From: Gemmatimonadota bacterium
Lineage (GTDB): Bacteria; Gemmatimonadota; Gemmatimonadetes; Gemmatimonadales; GWC2-71-9
Direction: 5' to 3'
Assembly: GCA_036679605.1 (NCBI GenBank)
Contig: JAZDCZ010000162.1
Coordinates: 1-40,367, forward strand
DNA length: 40,367 nucleotides
Shown: piece after piece, positions 26,997 to 36,143 of the stretch
Layout: each line of letters starts with the position of its first letter
Numbering within the stretch: position 1 is the first letter of the stretch
Program-made: the position numbers and the translations under genes
The notes under the pieces: model-generated
Told to the model about the DNA's origin: nothing
Database searches by the model: none
What the model saw: only the letters and a program-made list of their open reading frames with translations

Positions 26997-29420
26997 ATGT
27001 TGAAGCGACTTGGTATTATGGCAGGGGCGCTCGCGCTACTAGGTGTGGGAATTGCTACGGCGCAGGGAACGTTTCCCTGGAACAAAATTCGCAATATTCT
27101 CAAGAGCGAGTTTGAGTTACAAGGCTCCTCGGTTGTGCGGACGCACTTCGACTTTTCCGAGGCGACCACCCCTGTTCCTATCTCCGTAGTCGGCACTCTT
27201 GTGTGTCGCAAAAAAACGACCGGCGCCCTTGAATGTTCGGCCGACGGGGCACCGTTTACAGATGTTGGCGGCGGTGCCGGTGGGCATACGATCAAGGACG
27301 CTCTCGGCGAGGTGATGCCACCTCGATCGACGCTCGTTTTCCCTGAGTTCGACTGCACCGACGACGGCGCCGGGGATAAAACCGACTGCCCATTTACCAC
27401 ACCACGGCCGATGCTACGCACTGGCGATACCATCGCACCGGTTGAGCCGACCGTGACGTGTGTGGCATTGAGCGGCACGGCTGACACCGGCTGTCTTTGC
27501 TTTACGTCATCGCCCGATACCTGGACCTGGGATAGCGACTGTGATCCAGCCACGACCGCCGGCCTGAGCCTTGTCGGTGGCCAGCTGGTATTTGACGGGC
27601 TCGCCAAGATGTCCCAAGTCAATGAGGCTGCCAGCATGACGCTTCAAACCGGAACGGGCCTCGGGCCGTTCGTCGTCATGCATGGCGAGGATTTGGCAGA
27701 TACGGGGCTGGCCGGCGATGCCGTGATAGCTTACGGCGGCAAGACGCTATCGAGCAACGGGAACCTCAACGGCAGCTTCACCGTATGTAAGTGGAACGCT
27801 CAGGGGGGCGTGTGTGATCCGGTAATCTCGTGCGACAGTACGCGAGCGTGTACCTTCCATGCCGCCGGCGCGACGACCCTGAGTGGTGCGCTCGTTATGG
27901 GCGGCAACGCCATAACCGGCGTCAGCTCGATGACTGTGACGTGCGACCCGGCCGTGAACTTCGATTGCGGGTACGAGTTCCTCGACAACACCGGCTTTCC
28001 GCTGGATTCGATCATCACGACCGCCTCGACGTTTTGCTACACCAACGGCGGGAACCTGTATTGCCAACCCAAGGGTGTAGCCAAAAAGAAGATGCTCGAC
28101 GAGACCGACAAGCAGGGTGGTGGCGCTAAGGTCGCCACCGTCGTTGGCGTGATACCCGACGGGAACCTAGCGATCGGTGGCGGTGGCGACGGTCGGCTGG
28201 TTGATGGCGGAGTGCCAGGTGCTTCGTCGTCGCTTCTTGGTCAATGGACGTTTTCAAACTTAGCGGATTCACAAACCGCCGCGCTCGGCACCGGCGGGCC
28301 GTACCTGTCGTTTACTGGCGGGAAAATCCAGGGAGTCCGGTGCCGACAGCTCACGGATGCTCGACTCTTGGGTAGTGGTAACTGCGGAAGCGGTGACTGT
28401 TACCAAATCATCCCGACCTTCAACGAGGTGCTGCAACCAAGCTCTGTCTACTGCAATATCACCCCGACAGTAAAGGATTGTCGATCATTCCCGGCGTTGT
28501 CGCCTATTTTTGGTGACCGTTTCGATTTGGTCGCAACCACTGGCGTTCTAACCGACAACACCTACGACGTGGAGTGCGACGTTTTCGGAACTATCGATGT
28601 CGTCACCACGACCACCACCACCTCGACGACATCGACTACGACCACCACGCTCTCGGGCGCGACGAACTACACCAACGACGCGAACGTGATGGGCTGCTAC
28701 TTCTTCGACGATTCGCTCGATCTTGGAAAGGATAGCTGCGGCGGCACTGGCTCCGGCGATGATCCCTTCTCGCTGGTCGGCACAACGGTGCCGACCTACG
28801 ACTCGACCAACAAACAACAGGGCACCGGCTCGGTGGCGATGGGCACGGGCGGCGGGTATCTGAACTGCACTGGCTCAAGCGTCTGTCCGAATATCAACGC
28901 CAAGGCTGACACGGCGATAACGATTGTTGCGTGGTCGAAAGTGCCGGCAACCTCAAACTGGCGCACCGTTGTGTCTCAAGGCAAGGACGGCACCAAGGCT
29001 TTCCGGGCCTTTGCTGTGCAGAACGGCGCAACACCGTCGCTTTATATTATCAACCCATCCAACGTAGCCGTGGAGGAACAGGCGACGGCCTCGACAACAA
29101 CCTTGTGGACGCATTACTGTAGCACCTACGATGGCGCTAACGTGACGGTAGTTCTTGATGGTGTACAAGACTGCTCGACCCCGGGCTGCGATACGCAGAC
29201 CGGCACCATCGGCCAAACCACTGCCGGTACTGATGTGCATATAGGCGCGGTGATCGGCAGCAGCGGGGCACCCAAGGACTTCCATAAAGGGAACATCGAC
29301 GAGCTGGCGATCTTCAACCGGGCGCTTACTGTTGCCGAGTGCTGCGAGATTTGCCGCATGGGCCTAGACGGACAGACAACCGATAGGGGAGCAACGTGCG
29401 GAACCTGTACCTTACCGTAG
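26997..29420 (+). CDS. Secreted-type Cys-rich protein with Thr linker and C-terminal LamG/concanavalin-A-like domain
   Basis: Signal peptide MLKRLGIMAGALALLGVGIATA; TTTTTTSTTSTTTTT; WTHYCSTYDG...GNIDELAIFNRALT. Confidence 0.8.
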   Translation: MLKRLGIMAGALALLGVGIATAQGTFPWNKIRNILKSEFELQGSSVVRTHFDFSEATTPVPISVVGTLVCRKKTTGALECSADGAPFTDVGGGAGGHTIKDALGEVMPPRSTLVFPEFDCTDDGAGDKTDCPFTTPRPMLRTGDTIAPVEPTVTCVALSGTADTGCLCFTSSPDTWTWDSDCDPATTAGLSLVGGQLVFDGLAKMSQVNEAASMTLQTGTGLGPFVVMHGEDLADTGLAGDAVIAYGGKTLSSNGNLNGSFTVCKWNAQGGVCDPVISCDSTRACTFHAAGATTLSGALVMGGNAITGVSSMTVTCDPAVNFDCGYEFLDNTGFPLDSIITTASTFCYTNGGNLYCQPKGVAKKKMLDETDKQGGGAKVATVVGVIPDGNLAIGGGGDGRLVDGGVPGASSSLLGQWTFSNLADSQTAALGTGGPYLSFTGGKIQGVRCRQLTDARLLGSGNCGSGDCYQIIPTFNEVLQPSSVYCNITPTVKDCRSFPALSPIFGDRFDLVATTGVLTDNTYDVECDVFGTIDVVTTTTTTSTTSTTTTTLSGATNYTNDANVMGCYFFDDSLDLGKDSCGGTGSGDDPFSLVGTTVPTYDSTNKQQGTGSVAMGTGGGYLNCTGSSVCPNINAKADTAITIVAWSKVPATSNWRTVVSQGKDGTKAFRAFAVQNGATPSLYIINPSNVAVEEQATASTTTLWTHYCSTYDGANVTVVLDGVQDCSTPGCDTQTGTIGQTTAGTDVHIGAVIGSSGAPKDFHKGNIDELAIFNRALTVAECCEICRMGLDGQTTDRGATCGTCTLP

Positions 29421-31510
29421 TGCTCGTAATCGTGGCGGTGGCGGCTTCGGCCTCGGCCGCTCCGGTTACGCGCTACGCCGATTTTAACTGTGGGTTTAAC
29501 GGCGACGGCACCGCCAACCAGTGCGCGACCGCCACGGGCCAGCCAGGGGCCTGGAATAACGAGAACGCCGTGGCCGCGTGTACTGGCTTCGACCCAGCCG
29601 GCGGCAATAAATTGCAATGGCGGGCCGGTGTGCATCGGATCACAAACAAATTGGCGTTGAGTACTAATTGCTCAGGACCGGACAAGGCGCATCAAAACAT
29701 CATCGAGCCGGTCGCCGGGGCCGATGTAACCTTAACGGGCGCGCGGCGGATCAACCTCGCCGTGACGCCTTTTGTTCATAGGGGAAACAATGAATACGAG
29801 TGTTTGACCGCGTGTTCGTGGGACGGCAGCAGCACAATCAATACGTTTCCTATGACCGCCTTTTACCAGCGATCGGATGCCACGGCCTGCTCGGTGGATA
29901 CCGACTGTGGCACGAACGATGATCGATGCACGAGCGGTAAATGTGAAGAACACCTGTTTCTTTGGCAGGAAAGATCCTCACGCGGCCAGGCGGGCGGTAC
30001 GCAAAACTATTCGTGTGGGACGGGTCAAATCGGCCCCGGCGAAATGATCCTCGACCAAGGCCCGGCTGTTATGTGTGTTAAATTATCGGACAGTTCCGAC
30101 CCAAACAACCTTGTATTTTTCGAGCACGCCAAGGCTTTCAGCGTCATCAACTTTCACGTCAACGGCGTCGATTACATCTGGCTTCGCTCGAACCCGGCCG
30201 GCGGGCACCTGACGCACCGCGATTCTGTCAATAAGCTCCTTACTCATAAACCAAGCACCAAGGGATTGACTATCGGCGGCCCCGGCCCCGAGTACGGCAT
30301 CACAGCCGCATGGGCGCAAGACCGTTGTATTGACGGTACCGGTTCGGATGTTACCGACACCGTTGACGGTCACACAATCCAGTGGAACCTAGTCCACCAT
30401 TGCGGCCAAGAAGGGATACGGGAAACCGACAACCGGGCATCGGGGATGCTGATTGCCAATAATAAAGTGTGGAAGATTCAAGGGCCGGACGACTTTTCGA
30501 GGTGTTCGCCGCCGGGCAGCTTCCAATGCTTAGGCGGTTTTAGTGACGGTGGCTCCGGTATTCGCGTTTGGGATAGTCACGCCGGCGTTGTTCGTGACAA
30601 CGAGATTTTCCAGATGGGCGGCGGTAAGGGGAACACACATAACGCGATAAACGTAGAGGGTGGCGGTCGAAACTACCTGATCGAGAATAATTACATTCAC
30701 GATAACTGGTCTCTTCCTAACCCCGGCGCCAATCAGAATGTCGACGGCCACGGCTTCGCATTCTCGGGGAAAAATTGCACGCTACCGTGTGACGAGACTT
30801 ACGAAGGGCTGACGATACGAAATAACCGTATTCGGAATGTAGGGGCTTGTTTTTACTGGCAAGGCGCAGCGGGACTTGGCGGAATCGGCACGCTGACAAA
30901 CGAGATTTACAACAACACCTGCACCGAGTTTACCGCGTGGGGTATCCATAGTTTCAGTGGTTCGTGGACTTCGCCGTGGAACTTCCGGAACAATATTTTC
31001 TCGACCACAATCCGCACGCCGCATGGCATAATCAGGACCGTTTCGGGGATGACGGGGATGGTCACGCCGACCTTTAACTCATATTTTTGCCCAACGTGTC
31101 AGGTCGGCCAGCCTCTTATCAGCTACTTGGGGAGCACTTACGATCAAGACAGCCGATGCACCGCCGGTGTCGATTGCGTGCAAGATCTCGACGCTAACAG
31201 CGACTACGGCGATCCAAATATCAACGGCCTGGGCCAGATCCTCTCAGCGAGCGGCTTTGCCTACAACAAGGGCTCGAACACAATATGCCCGCCGTTTGAT
31301 TACGACGGCACCGCGCGGCCGCAAGATACTCTCTGTGACAACGGCGCTGACGAGTTCGCCGGCGTGCCGCCGTCTACGACGACGACGACCACGATAAGCG
31401 GAACGACAACCACCACGCTCGCGCCGACGACTACGACCACGACCACGCTCGCACCGATGAGTGGCGTTACGGCTAAGGGCGGGGTGATTCGTGGCGGCCA
31501 AATAAAGTGA
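29396..31510 (+). CDS. Secreted-type right-handed beta-helix protein
   Basis: Signal peptide ending ASASA; repeats IANNKV, VRDNEI, IENNYIHDN, IRNNRI, FRNNIF; DYDGTARPQ...DNGADEF; Thr-rich tail. Confidence 0.8.
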   Translation: MRNLYLTVVLVIVAVAASASAAPVTRYADFNCGFNGDGTANQCATATGQPGAWNNENAVAACTGFDPAGGNKLQWRAGVHRITNKLALSTNCSGPDKAHQNIIEPVAGADVTLTGARRINLAVTPFVHRGNNEYECLTACSWDGSSTINTFPMTAFYQRSDATACSVDTDCGTNDDRCTSGKCEEHLFLWQERSSRGQAGGTQNYSCGTGQIGPGEMILDQGPAVMCVKLSDSSDPNNLVFFEHAKAFSVINFHVNGVDYIWLRSNPAGGHLTHRDSVNKLLTHKPSTKGLTIGGPGPEYGITAAWAQDRCIDGTGSDVTDTVDGHTIQWNLVHHCGQEGIRETDNRASGMLIANNKVWKIQGPDDFSRCSPPGSFQCLGGFSDGGSGIRVWDSHAGVVRDNEIFQMGGGKGNTHNAINVEGGGRNYLIENNYIHDNWSLPNPGANQNVDGHGFAFSGKNCTLPCDETYEGLTIRNNRIRNVGACFYWQGAAGLGGIGTLTNEIYNNTCTEFTAWGIHSFSGSWTSPWNFRNNIFSTTIRTPHGIIRTVSGMTGMVTPTFNSYFCPTCQVGQPLISYLGSTYDQDSRCTAGVDCVQDLDANSDYGDPNINGLGQILSASGFAYNKGSNTICPPFDYDGTARPQDTLCDNGADEFAGVPPSTTTTTTISGTTTTTLAPTTTTTTTLAPMSGVTAKGGVIRGGQIK

Positions 31511-31989
31511 TCGACGTCCCCACTCTCCGGCTCCTGCGCACAAGCACCGGAGACGACGGGACGTTTGGCCAGCTGATGGCGCCGGCCGATCAAGACGGCG
31601 GCGAGGTCCAGATAGCGCATACAGCCGAGTTACCTTGGCGTGAGAACCTTCCGTTTCGTAGCTGTGTTCCAGCCGGAACGTACTTGCTCGCGCGCGACTT
31701 TTCTCCGAGTAAGGGGCGTCGGTGGCATCTACTCGACGTGCCAGAGCGTGCCCGTTGTATGATCCATGTCGGCAACTGGGCGGGCGACATCGAAGTGGGG
31801 AAGCGTACTGACGTCACGGGCTGCATTGCTCCCGGCCTCGAGCTCGGGGTACTGGACGAGCAGCGGTGCGTGCTCAATTCTAAGCGGGCGCTGACGCGGA
31901 TCGAGGAATACCTGGAACTGGTAGGCGGGTACGCCTGGCTACAGATTGAATGGGCCGAGGGTGTGTTGCCGCTCGGGGTGGTAGGGTGA
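31507..31989 (+). CDS. DUF5675-family protein, putative endolysin
   Basis: GTFGQL...TAELPWREN...SCVPAGTY...IHVGN...DVTGCI.PG...NSKRAL. Confidence 0.8.
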   Translation: MIDVPTLRLLRTSTGDDGTFGQLMAPADQDGGEVQIAHTAELPWRENLPFRSCVPAGTYLLARDFSPSKGRRWHLLDVPERARCMIHVGNWAGDIEVGKRTDVTGCIAPGLELGVLDEQRCVLNSKRALTRIEEYLELVGGYAWLQIEWAEGVLPLGVVG

Positions 31990-32300
31990 TGACTCGTCGC
32001 AACGGTGATCCGTTAATCACTGGGGATTTTGGCCGTAAAATAGTGGCCGGTGTAATCGTTGCAGCCATGGTCGGCTCTTGGGCTTATATCTGGTCGGCCT
32101 ACGGCCAGGAGATAGATCAACAATCCCGACTTGACGCGCTAGAGGCTACGCGCACCGCCCGAAAGCAAATACCGCTACAGCTCCAAAAAGTGCAGACGCG
32201 GGTGGACATGATCGAGGGTAACCAGGTGGTCATCCTTAAAGCTCTGACTGGTGTGCAGCGGTCGCTCGGTCGGATCGAGGGGAAGCTTGGGATTGAGTAG
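31989..32300 (+). CDS. Single-TM coiled-coil lysis-cassette protein
   Basis: IVAGVIVAAMVGSWAYIW followed by a coiled coil ending LGRIEGKL. Confidence 0.6.
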   Translation: MTRRNGDPLITGDFGRKIVAGVIVAAMVGSWAYIWSAYGQEIDQQSRLDALEATRTARKQIPLQLQKVQTRVDMIEGNQVVILKALTGVQRSLGRIEGKLGIE

Positions 32301-32310
32301 GGAGGAAGTG

Positions 32311-32871
32311 ATGGGAATACGCGAAAAGTTTAAGGGCTGGAAAACGATTTTGTTCAACGTCGGGACGTTGTTGGTATTGGCTGCCGATCAGTTTGGGGGT
32401 CTGAATCTGGTGGAGCCTAAGACGGTGCTACTCGTGGCGGCAATCGGAAACCTGGCCCTACGATTTGCCACCAACACGGCCGTTGGTGCGAAGATAGCAC
32501 TGGTAGCGCCGCTGTTGTTTACGTTGTCGCTTCTGTCGGCGTGTACGCTTGGCTACAGGGATTTCAGGCTAGCTATTGGGCATCTACCGGCGGGCGACGA
32601 GGTTCAGACGGTGACTGTGGCCGACACGGGTTTGAGTATCGAGCCTATAGGTACTGGCGGGCCGTCTATTTTACTCGGCCGGCGTGAGGTCAAGCTCGTA
32701 CGCGTGCCTGGGTTCGAGAAGTCAACACAGGTTCCGTCGGTGACGGTGACAACGAAACTCGACGTGGCCACCGGCGCCGTGATTGAGGAGACTCTTGCGG
32801 TGGCAAATCTCGAGCCCGGCGGCGGCGGCGACGTGACCGGCACGGTGGATGTAGCCGAGCCTGGATCTTAA
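32311..32871 (+). CDS. Holin-like N-terminus fused to a lipobox-bearing domain
   Basis: KGWKTILFN...LRFATNTAVG, then LLFTLSLLSAC; RBS GGAGGA. Confidence 0.6.
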   Translation: MGIREKFKGWKTILFNVGTLLVLAADQFGGLNLVEPKTVLLVAAIGNLALRFATNTAVGAKIALVAPLLFTLSLLSACTLGYRDFRLAIGHLPAGDEVQTVTVADTGLSIEPIGTGGPSILLGRREVKLVRVPGFEKSTQVPSVTVTTKLDVATGAVIEETLAVANLEPGGGGDVTGTVDVAEPGS

Positions 32872-33851
32872 CGCTTGTGTGCGCCGAGGTCGGTGTGGAC
32901 GTCGAGGGCGTCGTCCCATTCCTCGGCCTCGACGGGTTTGGTCCAGCGGAAGTAGGTCTTGAGTATCTGCGTTGGATTGTCGCCAACGTAGCGGGCGACT
33001 TCTTGCGGAGTCTTGCTTTCGAGCGCGTGTGAAATGAACGTGTGGCGAGTGCAGTAGAACACGCGAGGGGTGACCTGCCCGGCTAGCGCCTTCATGGCTG
33101 GCTGCCAGGTTCGTGTAGTGAAGTTGCCGAGGTTGATGGGACTGCCTCGCGGGCCGAGAAACACGAGGTCGGTTACGGGCCCTCGTGGTAGTTGAGCAAC
33201 GGCCGCCACGGCTACTCGCGCCAGGCGGAGTTCGCGTATAGAAATAGGTGTCTTGGTTGTTGGTGAGCCGACTGACGCGGCGATCCGCGCCCAACGTCGT
33301 TGACGGTCCAGGCATCCCCACGTAAGCGCCAAGCTCTCGCCCGGTCTGCAGCCGGTGAAGAATTGCCAAGCAACAAACGGTAGGTAGTGCCGGTAACTCT
33401 CGGTGCCTGCGAAGTAGGCTAGGATCTCGTCTCGTTCCAGCCGTGTCCACGGAGCACGTCCGGCAGGGGCCGGCTCTCTGAGCCTTCGTACAGCGGCGTA
33501 TAGGCGATCTACGGTGCTTCTCTGTATGTATCCCTCGGCTACGGCGATTGTGAGGGCGCCGTGCAGACAGTTATGGGTGATCTTGTTGACGGTCGACGGC
33601 GCAAGGCCACGTTGTAGGTATGCCTGTTGAAGCGACCATAGGTGAGCAGGGACAAGGTCAGTGAGTTTAGCGTCGCCAATACTGGCAACGGCGTAGCGTA
33701 ACAGCCTGTTTCGGTTACTACGCCAACGTTTTTCAACGGCGTTGCCGAGCTCCGGATGTGTAAGAATGCGGGCTACGAGCCCGGCAACCGTTGTCACGCG
33801 GTGGGTCCCCCTCAAATGGTGACGGCCAAACCGTATGAGTCGACCACGCAT
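32868..33851 (-). CDS. int: Tyrosine integrase (start 33851 or 33899)
   Basis: TGCRPGESLALTW, TTKT, FYCTRHTF, VARYVGDN...KTY. Confidence 0.9.
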   Translation of the reverse strand: MRGRLIRFGRHHLRGTHRVTTVAGLVARILTHPELGNAVEKRWRSNRNRLLRYAVASIGDAKLTDLVPAHLWSLQQAYLQRGLAPSTVNKITHNCLHGALTIAVAEGYIQRSTVDRLYAAVRRLREPAPAGRAPWTRLERDEILAYFAGTESYRHYLPFVAWQFFTGCRPGESLALTWGCLDRQRRWARIAASVGSPTTKTPISIRELRLARVAVAAVAQLPRGPVTDLVFLGPRGSPINLGNFTTRTWQPAMKALAGQVTPRVFYCTRHTFISHALESKTPQEVARYVGDNPTQILKTYFRWTKPVEAEEWDDALDVHTDLGAHKR

Positions 33852-33987
33852 GTCGCAACCGGTACCGCATTCCCGGTGTCTGGTGGGGGGTTGGCACAAA
33901 AATATTGCCTAGGGGTTGAGCGACGACTCGGGAGGGTGTACAAGGCAATTCTGACGTGTCTCTCCGGCGACGGAAGGCTTGAGGCTC

Positions 33988-34030
33988 GGGCCGTTAGCTC
34001 AGGTGGTAGAGCAGCTGCCTTTTAAGCAGC
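33988..34030 (+). other. 5' half of tRNA-Lys(UUU); candidate attachment-site core
   Basis: GGGCCGT-TA-GCTC-AGGTGGTA-GAGC-A-GCTGC-CTTTTAA-GCAGC. No T-arm or 3' acceptor strand follows. About 140 bp from the integrase start. Confidence 0.85.
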
Positions 34031-34187
34031 TACTTCGCTTCTTGGAAACGCCTGCAAACTAGCCTCTTTTCCCTTCCTACAATCGGAGACTCGCGTCCCC
34101 GTCGGTACTGCGCCGACGGTTGGGAGGCGGTGATGCAGTGTGTCGTTAGTGGGCGGCGGATGGGTTCTCAACGTGTTGTGTCAGGCA

Positions 34188-34414
34188 TGAAGGGGGCGCA
34201 AAAAAGTTTCGCCCCGTCGAGGCGCGGTGGTGGCGCAGACGGGGGGACCAGCGGACTTCTGATCGGTCGTCGCTGGTCCCCTTTTGACGATCATCGGGTG
34301 CGAATTTTCCTGGTGGTGTTCGCTCTTTGGGGTGGCTTCTCGCTACTCAATCAACTGTTCGCGCAACCGGTTCCGGTTCCTTACTGCATCGACCTTCCGT
34401 GGGGCGCGCGGTGA
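34188..34414 (+). CDS. Possible small single-TM protein
   Basis: Hydrophobic segment IFLVVFALWGGFSLL; start uncertain. Confidence 0.3.
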
Positions 34415-34446
34415 CCACAAGACAAAACCAAAACGGAGGTAAGTAA

Positions 34447-34728
34447 ATGACCACAACGAAAACAGAACGGCCTGTTCTGATCACCACTTCACACCGTGGA
34501 GTGTTTTTCGGATACGCGACCGAAACTGACGGTTCCACCGTGCATCTACGTGCGGGTCGCTGTGTGATCTATTGGACGCAGGAATGCAAAGGGTTTATGG
34601 GCCTGGCCGCAATCGGGCCGCAGTCCGGCTCTCGTTTGGGTCTGGCCGCAGACATCGACCTACGTGATGTCACCAGCGTCGTAGAATGCACGCCGAAGGC
34701 TGCCGAGGCATTCGAGTCGTTCCAGTGA
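34447..34728 (+). CDS. DUF6948-like phage protein
   Basis: VLITTSHRGVFFGY...R..IYW...GLAAIGP...VVECTPKA; RBS GGAGGT. Confidence 0.75.
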   Translation: MTTTKTERPVLITTSHRGVFFGYATETDGSTVHLRAGRCVIYWTQECKGFMGLAAIGPQSGSRLGLAADIDLRDVTSVVECTPKAAEAFESFQ

Positions 34729-35225
34729 CCGGCTCCGGCGACGGCTCCGGCTCCGGCTACGGCTACGGCTACGGCTCCGGCGACGGCTACGGCTACGGCT
34801 ACGGCTACGGCTACGGCTCCGGCGACGGCTACGGCTCCGGCTACGGCTACGGCTACGGCTCCGGCGACGGCTACGGCGACGGCTCCGGCGCCGGCTACGG
34901 CGACGGCTACGGCTACGGCTCCGGCGACGGCTACGGCTACGGCTACGGCTCCGGCGACGGCTCCGGCGCCGGCTACGGCGACGGCTACGGCTCCGGCTCC
35001 GGCTACGGCGACGGCTACGGCTCCGGCGTACCGTGGTCGAGAGATCGCGTCTCAGTAAGCGGCAGCATTGTTGCCATCGGCTGCGAGAAACACCGCATCG
35101 CGACCTGGATGAGGGACTACGAGCAGATCGGCATTCGCAACCACTATTCGGCTGAGGAGATTGATGAGTACGGTGCGACGCTACGGATGCTTGCCGGGGT
35201 GTTACTGCCGGAGCCCGCATCGTGA
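34725..35225 (+). CDS. Gly-X repeat protein (G-Y/S/D/A) with C-terminal IGCExH domain
   Basis: GTGA overlap; about 100 aa of Gly-X repeat, then VAIGCEKHRIATW...EEIDEY. Confidence 0.7.
   Translation: MTGSGDGSGSGYGYGYGSGDGYGYGYGYGYGSGDGYGSGYGYGYGSGDGYGDGSGAGYGDGYGYGSGDGYGYGYGSGDGSGAGYGDGYGSGSGYGDGYGSGVPWSRDRVSVSGSIVAIGCEKHRIATWMRDYEQIGIRNHYSAEEIDEYGATLRMLAGVLLPEPAS
34731..35027 (+). repeat. Hexamer tandem array GGC(T/G)(A/C)C
   Basis: Only GGCTAC, GGCTCC, GGCGAC and GGCGCC units over about 300 bp. Confidence 0.95.
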
Positions 35226-35395
35226 ACGCGCAAAAACCAACACTGTCCATTCGGCTGACCCCCGAAGTAAACGACATGCTGGGGTGGCTCGTTGCCCATG
35301 AAGATCGGACCAAAACCAAGATCATCGAACGCTTGATAAGGGCGGCATGGATGACGACGCCAGCCGCTCGTCGTCTGGAGAGAGAAGCGCCGTGA
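35222..35395 (+). CDS. 57-aa ribbon-helix-helix (CopG/Arc-like) regulator, absent from the ORF track
   Basis: MNAQKPTLSIRLTPEVNDML...EDRTKTKIIERLIR; GTGA overlaps at both ends. Confidence 0.7.
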   Translation: MNAQKPTLSIRLTPEVNDMLGWLVAHEDRTKTKIIERLIRAAWMTTPAARRLEREAP

Positions 35396-36143
35396 CTGAG
35401 CGCCCGATGATCTTCTCAGGCCCGATGGTTCGCGCCATTCTGGAAGATTGTAAGACGCAGACGCGGAGAGTGGTCAGCCAAGCAAACTCCCGCTTCGGTA
35501 GCGCGTCGAGGCCGTTCTGGAGTCATGCCAACTTCGACCAAGCATGGATTGACGGCAAAGGTTCAGGTGATGAATAGAACTAAAACGCCTCGACCGCCTC
35601 TGGGCACCGCGTGGCATCGACCACGGCTATCGGAAGCAATACCCGGACTGCGGGCTGTGCGATGAATGCGATCGCATGGGTTGGCGGATGACGACTCATC
35701 AGTTGTGGCCGAAGTTCGAGATGGGCGGCCGGTTGTGGGTGAAAGAAACATTCACAGGCGCGGACGACCCTGCGCATCTAGGATGTGTCTTGTATCGCGC
35801 CGATGGAGAACGTTCGGTTCGTTGGCGGCCGTCGATCTACATGCCCCGATGGGCTTCTCGCATCACACTAGAAGTAACCGACGTTCGCGTAGAGCGCGTG
35901 CAGGAGATTAGCGAGGACGATGCACTCGCTGAGGGGATTGAACCGGGAGAGGTGTGTCGTCATCCCGAGATTTGCGGTCGCGCCGGGGAATCGGCCTTGC
36001 AGTGTATGCAAGCACACCACTTCCTGCACCTCTGGGACTCGATCAACGGTAAGAAGCCCGGATGTTCGTGGGACGACAACCCGTGGGTTTGGGTGATCGA
36101 GTTTCGCCATATCGACGGCCTCGACGAGGGCGACCATGAGTGA
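35392..36143 (+). pseudogene. Frameshifted ASCH/PUA-like phage protein
   Basis: ERPMIFSGPMVRAIL..KTQTRR stops at TAG 35575-35577; RLWVKE...WRPSIYMPRWASRITLE...NPWVWV continues in another frame. Confidence 0.75.

Noticed and set aside
33988..34065. Complete tRNA-Lys gene
   Set aside because: No GTTCGA T-loop and no 3' acceptor strand complementary to GGGCCGT.
34660..35325. Minus-strand Arg/Ser-rich 221-aa ORF
   Set aside because: It is the antisense shadow of the Gly-X hexamer array.
35575..35577. Stop-codon reassignment (TAG readthrough)
   Set aside because: A TAA follows two codons later, the gene continues in another frame, and TAG ends other genes normally (for example terL).
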